NCBI RefSeq assembly: GCF_006345805.1
Contig: NC_043013.1
Coordinates: forward strand, 19,778,001-19,842,000
From: Octopus sinensis
Lineage: Eukaryota
Length of the DNA stretch: 64,000 nucleotides
Direction: 5' to 3'
Below are positions 12,514 to 25,835 of the stretch, piece by piece. The translations under genes were made by a program, and so were the position numbers. The number at the start of each line of letters is the position of its first letter. Position 1 is the first letter of the stretch. The notes beneath the pieces are model-generated. The model was not told the origin of the DNA and ran no database searches. It worked only from the letters and a program-made list of their open reading frames with translations.

Positions 12514-12697
12514 TATATATCTTTTACTCGTTTCACTAATTAGATTCAACCAGTTTCTGTCAATAGTCCGATACCATAGTAGATGACGCTAAGGTGGCAC
12601 ACGGTGGTAGTGAACCTCGAACTATGTGGTTGGAAAACAAGGTCCTTACCACAGAGTTACGCCTATAAAATATATCGATGCCTATATTGTATCTGCG

Positions 12698-12774
<77 letters not shown>

Positions 12775-12820
12775 GTCTGTCTATCTATTTATATATCTAT
12801 CTATCTATCTATCTATCTAA

Positions 12821-12860
<40 letters not shown>

Positions 12861-12861
12861 A

Positions 12862-12904
<43 letters not shown>

Positions 12905-13613
12905 TTAACTAAGCAACAATCTATAGGTGTGTCTCAGTTTATAAATGTATTTGTGTGTATATCAAGAAACGGATATTGAATGTATATTTCTTCTGTGCTT
13001 TTACTCTCCCCTTGTGTTTGTTTCCAAGTTTAATACAGAAACAACTCTAACTGTGTCAATTAATGAAGATTTAATTATGAAATAGCTTCCATAAACTTTA
13101 ATCTAACATATGAAAACGTCACTCGTTGACAAGTAAATAGACATCACGTATATAAATGACAAAATCAATAATAATGAAAATGTATTTATCTATTTTCTTA
13201 GTTTCACGTCTCTTTGCTAAAAATACAAACAAGAAAACCTAGAAGACGAAATATCGAAAGACTTGGAACTCCAGTGACATTCATCAACAACAACAAAAAT
13301 ACAAAGTAAATGACGACAGTGGTAACTATATTAGTAGCAGGTGTAGTAATTCCACTGTTAAAGTCTGAAAAAAATGCCTGAAGGCTAGGTCTAATCGTAT
13401 TAGTTGAAAAGAAAAAAATATGAATGTGTGGACATTGTATATGCTAATTTTAAAACTCATGTTGAAAATTGGATATTTTCGAAAACAAATTGGTTTTAAT
13501 ATGTCAGTTGAAGTCACAATGCTAATTAACAACAGCAACAGCAGTAACAACAACAACAACGACGACAACAACAACAACAACAGCAACAACAACTATTATT
13601 ATTATTATTATTA

Positions 13614-13683
<70 letters not shown>

Positions 13684-13686
<3 letters not shown>

Positions 13687-13886
13687 TAGTTTTATTTTTA
13701 TAGCGTGCTTTCACTTCACGACCGAGCTCAGCTCTCTGTGCCTTGGGTATGTGCTGTGGTTTGTTGTGGTGCTCTGATGGTTACTGTATTGAAAGTGTTT
13801 TGCGTAGGATGTATGCAGTGCCCAGTAGTGCAATTTTCTGTATGTTGTATATATTTGTAAGTCCTGGTGTTCTTGTTATGTATTTG
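13684..13886 (-). mobile_element. R4/Dong-type LINE family A, 5'-truncated 3' end
   Basis: Matches the 3' end of 44543-45486 (QKIALLGTAHILRKTLS plus 3' UTR); (ATT)n on both sides. Confidence 0.9.
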
Positions 13887-13900
13887 TATTATTATTATTA

Positions 13901-13955
<55 letters not shown>

Positions 13956-13981
13956 CATTATTATTATTATCATTATTACTT

Positions 13982-14420
13982 CTAATCTGCATGTTTGATG
14001 CAATCACTTGCCGAGACATACCCAGCGTCCTTGGTCAAGTGAAGGATAAGAAGTATTACAGTATGACTGAATATTTGGGGATGGGGAAGTGGCATGGGCA
14101 GTAGCAAAATATCTTCATGCAATGCAACACAGACGTTTAAACTGATAGGTTTTTTTCTAAAGATGTGGGCAGCCCTTTTTAGCAACATCTTTTGGATTTC
14201 CCCAAGTGGTATTTTGTCTCCCTTTACGTTCTCAGTTCTAATTCCACCGAAGTCAACTTTGCCTTTCATCCTTTCAGGGTCGATAAATTAAGTACCAGTT
14301 ACGCACTGGGATCGATCTAATCGACTGCCCCCCTCCCCTCCCCCCAAATTTCTGGCCTTGTGCCTAGAATAGAAAAGAATATATCGTCCTGTATGCCTTG
14401 AGTCCTTCGGGACAATAAAA
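13982..14420 (-). mobile_element. R4/Dong-type LINE family C 3' end, interrupted by an S1 SINE
   Basis: GDKIPLGEIQKMLLKRAAHIFRK C-terminus; coding-like sequence resumes at about 14381-14420 beyond the SINE; (ATT)n at the 3' end. Confidence 0.7.
14223..14380 (+). mobile_element. SINE family S1 (headless) nested in the LINE
   Basis: gttctcagttctaattccaccgaagtcaactttgcctttcatcc body. Confidence 0.85.
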
Positions 14421-14424
14421 GAAG

Positions 14425-16500
14425 TCATTATTCTTTTTTTCTTCTTTCAATTTTATTTCTATTTCTTGCCGAGTGTCTTTCCGACACCTAGGGCGAAGGA
14501 TCTCACTGTATATATTGATAGGCCATTAAATTAAACACACCATATTATTCATTTTAAAATGAAATGAAACAATGTGATCAGAAAATGTACATCATTAATA
14601 ATCGTTCTCACAGCGGCAATGCTCTCCTCAGTACATTTGACGAACCAATTAAAACAATCTTTTGCACTCATTGCATGGATTGAACGCTAGGGGTCATTCC
14701 CAAGTAATTTTCAATTCCTTTATTTATCATTCCAAGTGCTCCTACAATCGTTGGTATTGTAACCGTCTTGGAATGTCAGTTTTTCACTTTCAGTGAATAA
14801 ATTTTTATATTTTCTGATTTTGTCAAATACTTTTGCCGAGATATTATGATCACAAGAAATATTCATGCTGATCAATAAACAAACTCTATTGTTTTGGTCT
14901 TTCACAACTTTGATGGTCCGGTCTGTATGTACTGGAAAGCCCCAAGGAATCGTACCTTTTCTCCCTTAGTTACAACCTCAAGGTTGAGCTTATACGAATT
15001 GTCAACTGCTTTGATTTTATAAAGCAGACATATTAACCAGTGTAGGTACTGGCCAACTCTGTCATGTCTTGATTCATGCTCCACTGGTGCCAAAACTTTA
15101 CATCCGCTGCTTTAATCTCATCATTACAAAATCAGCACCTATGATCTAATCCATTTTTCCTCACATTGGTTTTGTAGTTCCGTGTCAATAAGCTTTGATC
15201 TTGTACAACTAAGGTTAAGTCTTCGCTCTCTGCCTTTAGCAATGAGTTCCGTAGTCACCGATGATTGTACTTCTGGTCGACATCAGCTTGTTTGCTGCTG
15301 GTCACATGTTTGCCATGCAGAAATTTCTGCTCGCACCTAAAAGCCAATTGTTCATACACTTGTTTCCTTGCCACTAATTTCACCTTCATTGTAACAGTAG
15401 TTGCCGGACTTCCATCAAGCTATTCAATCCTGGGTGCATCATTTTATAAGTCAGCAGCTTCCATATATTTCTATCAGTTTTGTTGCCAGGTTATTCAACC
15501 CTCGGTGCATCATTTTATAAGTCAGCAGCTTCCATACTTTTCTGTCAATTTTGTTTACGTCACATATATTCCTGTTCAACACATTAAAGCTATAGATAAC
15601 AACTGAAACTGCTGAGAAATTTATGGCCAACACTTTGTTTCTTGTGATTAGCTCATATTTCAGGTTAGCGCAAGTCTCCTATAACATTCCTTCCTCATCT
15701 TCTCTTTCATGCTTGGATTCTAAATCCCAGCACCTTCATTTATTCCTAGGTATTTGTTGGTTTGTTTCTATTCAAGTTCTTTTATAACTATGTGAACATC
15801 TAACACCACTGAATTCCAGGTCTTCAATTTCCCTTTCTGGAAAATGGTCATAACACATTTATGAAGAACAAACTTTATCCCAACTTCATTACTGGATGCT
15901 TTCACAGTATATAATGAGCCTCCAAGCTCATCATTGTCCAAGCCATAGACTGTTAAGTCATCTATGTAAACTAAATGGCATATTTTGCTATTGTCAATTT
16001 TACCCTTTACTCTGTATTAAGTTCACTTGTAAAGAGTATTAGAGCTATGCAAAACATTAGATATAAAATGAAGTCACCTTGGAAAATTCCGCAGTTTCTG
16101 TTAATATTGTTGGAAGCTAGTACTCTATCATAGTGATATAATCGGAAATTCATATTCAACTTCAGGAAGTTTGGAATTACAGGAAAAAAGTTTGAAGATG
16201 TCCAGCGATTTCAAGATACACAAATGCAGTATGCTATCAAAAGACTTTTGTGATTAATCCATGCGGAACTGATATTTTCTGCGCTTATTGTGACAGTTCT
16301 TACGAATTATGCAATTCATTAGGTGTTGATCTTTGCTTTCATATGAACCTCGACGGTAGCCATTTTGTTCACTGGGGAAAATATCGTTCTGTTCCATAAA
16401 TGTATGTTTTCTCCACGAAGATAGTTCTTCTTGAGCATATTTTGTAGTTTTCTGTTTGTGTTTTCTTTTTTATTTTTTCATATTTTACCATATCCGCCGC
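14425..16500 (-). mobile_element. Degenerate R4/Dong-type LINE family B with RT remnant
   Basis: 3' UTR homologous to 43150-43260; KICHLVYIDDLTVYG near 15950-15995; RHDRVGQYLHWLI; KDQNNRVCLLI. Confidence 0.9.
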
Positions 16501-16770
16501 GCTATCAACTGATTGTTTCAATGTACTCTGGTCCATCTTCGTATTTTACCGCTTCCTTGTGTATATAGAGCAGTTTTTGTCCTTTTCATGTCTTGAAGTA
16601 TTTGTTTCGTGACATTTTCTTCGCCTTTACTACAAGTTCCGCTGACGTCGACTTCGCTCTTTATCTTTACGGAGTCGATGAAAAAGTACCTGTTAAGCAC
16701 GGGGATCGATGTAATCAACTTACCGCCTTCCATAAAATTGTTGCAGTTGTGTCAAATTTGAAAGCATTAC

Positions 16771-16825
<55 letters not shown>

Positions 16826-16828
<3 letters not shown>

Positions 16829-17246
16829 TAGTTTAATTTTTATAGCGTGCTTTCACTTCACTACCGAGCGCAGCTCTGTGTGCCTTAGGTATGTGCTGTG
16901 ATTTGTTGTGATGCTCTGATGGTTATTGTATGGAAAGTGTTCTGCGTAGGATGTGTGCAGTGCCTAGTAGTGCAATTTTCTGTATGTTATATGTGTTTGT
17001 AAGTCCGGGTGTTTTTGTTATGTATTTGTCTGAATATTTTTTTATCATGCCTAATGCACCTACTATGATAGGAATTGTTTCTGTTTTTAGATTCCACATT
17101 CTGGTTACCTCTATTTCCAGGTCTTTGTATTTTGAAAGTTTCTCCATTTCTTTTAGAGACCCGTTGTCATCTGCCGGTATTGATACATCAATTAGAAAGC
17201 ATTGTTTTCTTCATGATCTCTGACAACTATATCTGGTCTGTTGGCC
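16826..17246 (-). mobile_element. R4/Dong-type LINE family A, 5'-truncated
   Basis: Near-identical to 45066-45486 (MEKLSKYKDLEIEVTRMWNLKTETIPIIVGALG); (ATT)n on both sides. Confidence 0.95.
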
Positions 17247-17325
<79 letters not shown>

Positions 17326-17329
17326 GTTA

Positions 17330-17377
<48 letters not shown>

Positions 17378-17409
17378 CATCATTATTTTATTATTATTAT
17401 TATTATAAT

Positions 17410-18025
17410 ATGAAATCTCACAGCTTATTTTGCTTGGTATAATGGAAAGTGTCAGATGTCCACAAGCAGCGAACTAAGGTGAAACTTGGTTACTGGTCAT
17501 GCTTCAAGAACCGTGCGAAGAATTCTTGTAGTTCCAAGCCATGCTGATTTTTGTAGGCGTACTACCTTCACACTTGCACCAGTCTTTTTCAGCTATCTTG
17601 GTATTCAGTGCTGATACTTCCAAATGTACCAATTACTATTGGTATCACGTCTACTCTCTTCATTGACAAAAACCTTCGTGTTTCCCACTTTAAACTGTCA
17701 TAGTTTTCTTTTTACATTTTCTTCTTCTTTCACATTGACACTGTTGTCACCGGGGAATATATGTTCTTTCTTTTTCATTCACTACAACAATGTCCGCTTT
17801 CCTATGTCTGGTCATGTGATCACACTGGATCATTACATCCCACAGAATTTTGCAGTTCTCATTTTCGGTGACTTCGGCTTGCTCATACCATGTCTTTGCA
17901 CTTCGTGGGCCATGAATTCCACAGACCTTCCAATGGATCATTATTGCCTCATTGTCATGACATCGTTTGTTTTGGCTATATCTTCATTCTCGCCGTTAAT
18001 TCTTTCCTTGTTTTGTTGCATCAAA
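17410..18025 (-). mobile_element. R4/Dong-type LINE family D 3' fragment
   Basis: IHWKVCG...WYEQAEVTENENCKILWDVMIQCDHMTRHRKADIVVV; (ATT)n at the 3' end. Confidence 0.85.
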
Positions 18026-18102
18026 AGTTATTATTGAGATCCCATCTCTCTTTTCCTCTCTGTATTTGTATTGACACGTACACATGTATGAAATTACACA
18101 CA

Positions 18103-18491
18103 TCTTTATATATAAAAGTCAAGTTGTGTGTCTGTCTCCTACGATTTAGATTCCTAACTACTCCCACATTTTGCGGTGCAGTTTAACCAAAACCGGGTAT
18201 CTTATAGTCGTGATTCATATCGAGCCCTTCTGGGTATTAGCGCGCGTCTACGATGAATCTACGATTTTAAAAATAATTTACCATGATTCTTTTCCATTTT
18301 AATGCATTTTTTTCGCTATTATATAAGGGAAGTAAGTCTCTAAAAATGTCTACGATTTAAAAAAAAAAGTTACCATAATTTTTTTTCCATTTTTAATGCA
18401 TATGTTTGCTATTTTTTGGCTATAACTCTCTAAAAATGCTTATATAGTTATTTCCCTTACAAACCCGAGCAACGCCGGGCGATACTGCTAG
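18103..18491 (+). mobile_element. Non-autonomous Helitron
   Basis: A|TC 5' end, 3' hairpin cccgagcaacgccggg (18464-79) then CTAG|T (18488-91); internal repeat of about 60 bp. Confidence 0.85.
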
Positions 18492-18828
18492 TATATATAT
18501 ATATATATAGTGTGTTCGAATTGTGTCGCCTCCATAACCACAGTGGCTATCATTACCATTATTATTACTATTATTAGGATTATTATCATAATTATTATTA
18601 TTGTTTTTGTTGTTGTTGTTGTTGGTGGTGGTGCTGTTGTTATTTATTTTTAATCTGTATGTTTGTTACAATCCCTTACCCAGACACACCCAGCATCCTG
18701 TGCCAGTGAAGTTTGAGTGATGTTGCAGTATGGCTGAAAGCTTGTGGTAGGGAAGTGGCAGCGGTAGTAGTAGTACAGCACAGACATTTAAATTAATAGG
18801 GTTTTCCTAAGGATGTCGGCATCATCAT

Positions 18829-18829
<1 letters not shown>

Positions 18830-18896
<67 letters not shown>

Positions 18897-18946
18897 ATAC
18901 TACTACCAATACTACTATTACTACTACTACCACTACTACTACTACG

Positions 18947-18981
<35 letters not shown>

Positions 18982-19053
18982 GACTACGACTACGTCTACA
19001 ACTGCTACTATTACTACTACTACCACTACACCATCACCACCACCACCACCACC

Positions 19054-19087
<34 letters not shown>

Positions 19088-19110
19088 TCATAATCATCAT
19101 CATCAACATG

Positions 19111-19145
<35 letters not shown>

Positions 19146-19177
19146 CGTTATCATTATCATTATTATTATTATTATCA

Positions 19178-19214
<37 letters not shown>

Positions 19215-19225
19215 CATCATCATCA

Positions 19226-19259
<34 letters not shown>

Positions 19260-19312
19260 CATCATTATTATTATTATTATTATTATCATTATTATCATTA
19301 TTATTATTATTA

Positions 19313-19364
<52 letters not shown>

Positions 19365-19372
19365 CATCATCA

Positions 19373-19410
<38 letters not shown>

Positions 19411-19420
19411 TATTATTATT
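18830..19420. repeat. Compound trinucleotide microsatellite (CTA/CAC/CAT/ATT)
   Basis: Direct reading; source of several spurious ORFs. Confidence 0.95.
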
Positions 19421-19745
19421 ATAAAAGCATCAAGATTCTCATTTCGCACATCAAACAAAATTACATTTTATATCTTCGAGAAGCAACGATAAATCTGTTT
19501 AAATCTACGAATATTTAATGGGACTAAATACCATTCGTATATTCCAAGAACTAAATACTCGTGTCTATCGTCACAGGTAATGTTCGAATACTCTTACAGA
19601 TATGGGAAATTAGCGATGTTTCCATTACAAGCGAAATTATGGGAATGACGGCGGTGGCAATGACGAGGAGAAGGGGAGGGCGACAGTATTGATGAGGACG
19701 AGGACGAGAACGATGAGGATGATGTGATGGTTACTATGACGACGA

Positions 19746-19971
19746 GCTTGCAGAATCGTTAGCACGCCGGGCAAAATGCTCATCAGTATTTCATCTGTCG
19801 CTACGTTCTGAGTTCAAATTCCGCCGAGGTCGACTTTGCCTTTCATCCTTTCGGGGTCGATTAAATAAGTACCAGTTACGCACTGGGGTCGATATGATCG
19901 ACTTAATCCGTTTGTCCGTCCTTGTTCGTCCTCTCTTTGTTTAGCCCCTTGTGGGTAGTAAAGAAATAGGT
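19746..19971 (+). mobile_element. SINE family S1, near full length
   Basis: Head, B-box-like gagttcaaattcc, body and ...aaagaaataggt end. Confidence 0.9.
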
Positions 19972-20724
19972 TACTATGACGACGGTGATGAGGACATCAT
20001 AATCCACAATCCAAGAGCTGAAAACGAAAGGCAATGGCGGTTTCGGGCGAATTTGAAACCAAAATGTAGAGGAAAGTGATTACACGCCATCAAGTATTCT
20101 GTTCAGAGTTCTACCGATTTTTTGCATCTACTAATAACGACGACGATGATGCTGGTGATGATGCTGGTGATGGGGCTGGTAGTAACGGTAGTGGTGCAGG
20201 CGGTGGTAAGTAGGTGTAAAGAGGGATGGTGGCGGCGGTGATATTGTGCTGGAAATGGCGATGATAGTAATGAAGATTATGAGCAGGAAAGTGATATCGA
20301 TGGTGGTGCCGGTGGAGATATTAATTTCCTCCACCATTTGATAACAACAACAACAACAACAACAACTATCACACCAGAGTAAACAGATATATCAGTATAA
20401 TGGAAAAAATGGCGAAAATTAACGAGTTAACCAACCCATTACTAAAGATAATTTATTTATGAATGTTGGCATTCTTTGAAAGATGTCATAGTAGTGATGC
20501 TTCAATATATCTCGAAGACGGTAAATTGTAAAGTGCCAAGGTGGCGTTCATATTTTTCTATTAAATACATCAGTGACATAAATTAAGTCTAACGTCTTCA
20601 AACTAGTTTCATGGGTCATAAATATGTTTGAAGCGTCTGAGCGGGGGAAGGTGAATGTACAGCGGTAATGCCTTCCTCGTGGTCAGACACTCTAGAAATT
20701 ACATGGAATTATGTGTGATAAAAA

Positions 20725-20880
20725 GCTTCTCAACCAGAGAGCTTCAGGTTCAGTCCCACTGCGTGGCACATTGGGCAAACTCTCTTCTTTTATGTAATCC
20801 CGGGCAAACCAAAGCCGTGCAAGAGGATTTGATAGATGCAAACTGAAAGCCAGTTGTATAAATGTGTGTGTGTGTCTCTG
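20725..20880 (+). mobile_element. SINE family S2 head fragment
   Basis: ggttcagtcccactgcgtggcacattgggcaa. Confidence 0.8.
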
Positions 20881-21019
20881 TCTGTTTGTGTGTCTGTGTG
20901 TGGTCCCAAGTGCATACGCGCGCGAGCGTATGTGTCTTCGTATTTTCCCGCCTCCTGTGTAACAACTGGAGTTGGTTTGTTTGCGTCCTGTAACTTGGCG
21001 GTTTGGGAAAAGGAAGGCG

Positions 21020-21248
21020 GCGAGCTGGCAGAAACGTTAGCACGTCGGGCGAAATGCGTAGCGGTATTTCGTCTGTCTTTATGTTCTGAGTTCAAATTCC
21101 GCCTAGGTCGACTTTGCCTTTCATCTTTTCGGGATCGATAAATTAAGTACCAGTTACGTACTGGGATCGATGTAATCGACTTAATCCTTTTGTCTGTCCT
21201 TGTTTGTTCTCTCTGTATTTAGCCCCTTGTGGGTAGTAAAAAAATAGG
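21020..21248 (+). mobile_element. SINE family S1, full length
   Basis: gagctggcagaaacgttagcacg...gagttcaaattcc...aaaataggt. Confidence 0.9.
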
Positions 21249-22732
21249 TTTGGGAAACAGAAAACTGATACAAGTACCAGGTTTTTAAAATACTTGCTGG
21301 GATTTATTTACTCGACTACACCCTACTCGGTGGTACTCCAGCATGACCGCTGTCCAATGACTGAAACAAGTAAACGAAAAGAAAAGGTACAAAGAAAATT
21401 AAATATACACAAGAATCGAACCGCTGACCCTGGTGTCAAGAATTGGCAAACTTACCCCGTTGCCGATAAAACAACGTCTCCCGCCCCATATCCGCTGAAT
21501 ATGCTTGCTAGATTCTTTTTCTCAATATTTTACATTCTTCAGAGGTGTGTGTGGTGGTGAAGAAGAAATGTTTTGAGTGTTCCGGGCGATCGAATTGATG
21601 TATGTTTTGACATGTCTTTAATGATTCTAACGGAACCATTCATTAATAGTTTCTCTCCTCGATGTTCCTTGTCAATGATTGGTAATTATTTACAGTAATA
21701 AGAAGACGAAGAGAAAAACGAGATGAGTAGCGAAAGAGAACGTGAGAGGGTGCGACAGGAAGAAAGAAAGAAAGCTAAAAGGGAAGGTGAACGTAAGGAG
21801 CAAGCTTTGATTTATATTAGCCATTTGGAAACAGTTTTGCTTAAATAGATTTCCGTAGAACCTCCTTCTCTTCCCTTCCTTCCCACCCAGCCTTTTGGCA
21901 CCTCACTGAATTGTTTCCTCTTTATGTCTCCTCCTCTCGTTAACGTGGCTTTATTAATTATCTGTTCTTGTAAAGCTAATTAGTAGCAGAAACAGTAGTG
22001 GCGACACATACCGGAGTTGTTCATCCTAGTTACGAGTGGAAATGACTCGAGTAATTGTACAAATAGGACGAATGGTTAAAGAAGGGTAGGAATAGGTGTG
22101 AAATCAACAGTGGAAAACACCGACGTTGTTTGGCAGCAGCAATTCAGAGGAGTAGATTAACTGCAGAATGGATCATCTGCGGAACATAAGGAAGGGGATC
22201 GACATCGACACACGGAGGGATGTACACGTTGGACTGGATCAACAGTGTCACACTCAGGAAGAGATCAATAGAAGCACACGGGAGGATTTGATCAACAACG
22301 TCGCACACAGAAGTGGATCAACTGAGGCACGTACAGAAGGGATTGAACAACAGCATATGCAGAAGTTGATCAATCGCGGTGCCCAAAGAAAAGGATCAAA
22401 GAGTGGTTAATGAAAAAACAGAATTAATTCATGTTGGGGCACAAAGGAGAGCGAATGAAGAAGAAATATGAAGAAGAACGAATCAAGTTGCAGTACTGCA
22501 GAGAGTGAGTCAAAAAGTGGTTCATGAAATAGTGGAAACGGAGGACCTTACATGAATGACATTAGTGAAGATATAAAACAAGGGTTGCAGAGTCAAGAGT
22601 AAGTAATTCAAGCAATGGCACACAACATAAATAAGACAACTGCTGCTCCCTCCCATTAATTATTTGCTTGATAGTATTTCTGTTATTGGTGATGTTATTG
22701 TTGTTCTTCATGGTATTGACGTTCCGCTCACC

Positions 22733-22971
22733 CAGTGGTTCTCAACTATTTTTTGCCCGTGGACCCATTTGATACATGTTTTACTCTATTGGACCCCATA
22801 ACCATTTGAAGTTTTAGAAAAACCCTGTTTTTATGCTTAAGTATTATAAGGAATTGTATTTTAAAAAATGTTAAAATATTTTGTGCACAAGCAGTTTATT
22901 GCATATAATTTTTAATAACTAAATCTTATATGGGCCTCTACGGGTTGCGTGGACCCAGCTGAAAACCATTG
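22733..22971. mobile_element. hAT-like MITE
   Basis: TIRs cagtggttctcaac / gctgaaaaccattg; no clean TSD (flanks share only ctcacc). Confidence 0.6.
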
Positions 22972-23804
22972 AATCTCACCCATCAATATTCTTCTTGTTA
23001 CTGCTGTTGAACTTACTGTTGTTCTCTAATATGTCAGAACTCAATTCATTGCTACTGGTATTGTTATTGTTGTTGTTGTTGTTGTTGTTGTTGTTCTTCT
23101 TCTTCTTCTTCTTCTTCTTCTTCTACTTTTTCTTCTTCTTCCTCTTCCACTTCCTCTTCTTCTTCTTCTTCTTCTTCTTCTCCTTCTCTCCTCCTCCCCC
23201 TCCTCTTCCTTCTTTTTCCCTTGCTTTTGCTATTATTGATGCTGCTGTTGTCAGCGGTGTTCCTGGTTGAGACAATAAGCCCAATGGACTAAACATATTC
23301 TAACATTTGAGACTTTCGTACTGGAAAAGTCGTTAAGTTCGACAGGCAAAATGCTTAATAGCATTTCTTACGGTTTCACGTGTAGAATTCAGGGTTCGAC
23401 GATGTCGGTTTTTGCGTTTCAGTTTTTCGGAGTCAATAAACTGAGCAGCATTTGAGCACAGGGTTGATGTGATCGACGGAACCCGTCTCCTAAAATTTCT
23501 GGTCTTTGTGCCAAAATTTGAAACTATTGTTGTGACTGTTCTTGCCCTACTAACCCATCAATATTAAGCTATTTTCCACTAATTCTTGACCTATTACTGC
23601 TGTTGTTTAATCTAAACACTGACTAAACAGATTAAGGATCATCCGTGGCCACCTTTTTATTTTATCAACCATTAATTTCCTAGGGCCATAATATCCAGTG
23701 TTTCACATTGTTTTCATGATGATAGAATATGAATTGTGAGAGTTGTAGCTGCTGTTTCTAGCAAGTTGGACAGCAGTGTAGTGTAGTGTGATGTTGGATT
23801 TTTG

Positions 23805-24046
23805 TTTCTTCTTTCTTTTTGCCTGTATCACTCATTCGACTGCGGCCATGCTGGGGCACCACTTTGAGGAATTTTTGTCGAACTAATTGACCCCAAACCT
23901 TATTTCCTTTTTTTAAGTCTGGTACTTATTCTATCAGTCTCTTTTGCTGAGCCGCTAATTTAAGGGGACGTAACACACGACACCGGTTGTCAAACGGTAG
24001 AGGAGGTGAAGCACAGACACAAAGACACACACACATTCATTTATAT

Positions 24047-24083
<37 letters not shown>

Positions 24084-24240
24084 GCATATGTACACCGGTT
24101 TTCTTTCAGTTTCTGCCCATTCACAAGGCTTTGGTTGATCTAACGCTATAGTAAAAGGTAAAAAGTGTCAGGCAGTGGGACTGAACCCGGAAGCATGTGG
24201 CTGAGAAGCAAACTTCTTACCACACGGCCATACTTGAGCC
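23805..24240 (-). mobile_element. SINE family S2
   Basis: Tail, internal (TA)n and head in reverse orientation. Confidence 0.85.
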
Positions 24241-24394
24241 TGTCCATACTCTAGGGATCATTCATACTCGAATTGAATATAGACGGGATGGTGGCGGCGA
24301 GAAGGCCTTTTGATCATGCACTTATTAAATCACAGTTAACATGAGTTAACCAATGAGAACAGCAACAAGAACAACAGCCACAACAGCAGGAGAA

Positions 24395-24745
24395 GCAATG
24401 GCCCAGTGGCTAGGGCGGCGGACTCGCGATCGGAGGATCGCAGTTTCGTTTCCCAGACCGGGCGTTGTGTGTGTTTATTGAGCGAAAACACCTAAAGCTT
24501 CACGAGGTCCTGGCAGGGAATGGTGGCGACCCCTGTTGTACTCTTTCGCTCCAACTTTCTCTCACTCTTTCTTCCTGTTTCTTGTCCCCGACTTCCTACG
24601 CAACCGCTGAGGCTGGATGCGCATTCATCCATCCGTCGATGCTCTCGGTGTCGGGGGTTGACCTGCTTTCACTTCTGCGGATCTTACGAATAGCAAAGGA
24701 CCACGTTTCGGACTTATCCCACTATGGGACGAAGACCGCTTCGCT
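24395..24745 (+). mobile_element. tRNA-derived SINE family S3 with (CAA)n tail
   Basis: A-box TGGCCCAGTGG 24399-409; B-box-like GTTTCGTTTCC 24443-53; GC-rich body. Confidence 0.75.
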
Positions 24746-25109
24746 CAACAAACAAACAAGCAACAACTGCAACAATAACAATAATAACAGCAGCAACAAC
24801 TATGGGGGAGCTTTTGTTTGGTTATTGATGCATTAGAAATAGTAGCTGGTTCTCCCCCGAATCAAATATTAGTTTTTAAATAAGCGAGAAACGAAGGACA
24901 TATTTGATAAAGTAAGAGACAGATTAAGCGTGTTTAGCAATATCTCTTAACCTCTCTGTCAGTGTTATCTCCTTCTCGTCGATAGGATTATGACCAGCAT
25001 TATAAGCAGATTAGGCGTTACAATAAATGTTTCGAAACGTCCCTTTATATCAATATTATTGTTACACGTCCTTCATCAATCGGGTTATTATGATAAATAT
25101 TTTATATCT

Positions 25110-25545
25110 TACTTGTCTCAGTCGTTAGGCAGCAGCTATGCCGGTGCGCTGCATTGAAGTAATTTTAATCGAAGGAATGGATCAGAGCACTTATTTCTGT
25201 TAAACCTGATACTTATTCTATCGGTCTGTTTTGCCGAACCGGTGTCTTACAGGGATGTAAACATACCAAGACAGATTAACAAGCGGATACAAAAGCACAC
25301 ACATACTCACATACACACATGCACGGCTACACATACACACACACACACACACACTATCTCCCTCTCCCACACACATATACGACGCTTTCATTCAGTTTCC
25401 TTCTACCAAATCCACTCACAAGGCTTCGGTGGGCCCGAGGTTATAGTAGAAGACATTTACCTAAGGTGCTACAGATTGGGTATGAACCCACAACCATGAG
25501 GTTGGGAAGCAAGCTTCTTAACCTCACACCCATGCCTGCATCTTT
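25110..25545 (-). mobile_element. SINE family S2 (diverged)
   Basis: Homology to other S2 copies. Confidence 0.8.
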
Positions 25546-25574
25546 ATGAAAGTATAACCATTAGCCCACACGTG

Positions 25575-25835
25575 TTTTGCAACATCTCCATGTGTCTAAC
25601 ACACGTGGACATGCCTACAAAGTCAGAAAACAGCACAGCTACCATGACTTTCGGAAACATTTTTTCACGCTCAGAGTTGCTGAAGCATGGAATAAACTGC
25701 CTGCATCAGTTGTTGACTACCATGACACTGCATCCTTTAAGGCCCTCATGCATTCCGAAATCCGCCGAAACTACACCTGATCATATATACACTTTAGATG
25801 AGTTGTAGTGCACCTGAGTACTGTACACAATTATT
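25575..25835 (+). mobile_element. CR1/L2-clade LINE 3' end
   Basis: TRGHAYKVRKQ...RKHFFTLRVAEAWNKLPASVV...SFK is the typical CR1 C-terminus; (ATT)n tail. Confidence 0.85.

Noticed and set aside
18793-19518. Long ORFs (116-221 aa) of poly-N/I/L/Y, and many similar YI/CV/HT ORFs across the window
   Set aside because: They are translations of tri- and dinucleotide microsatellites
22154-22410. CRISPR-like repeat-spacer appearance
   Set aside because: Core only 6 nt, spacers mutually similar, eukaryotic context, no cas genes
24395-24460. tRNA gene (also 55100 and the S2 heads)
   Set aside because: A/B boxes are present but there is no cloverleaf, and they continue into SINE bodies
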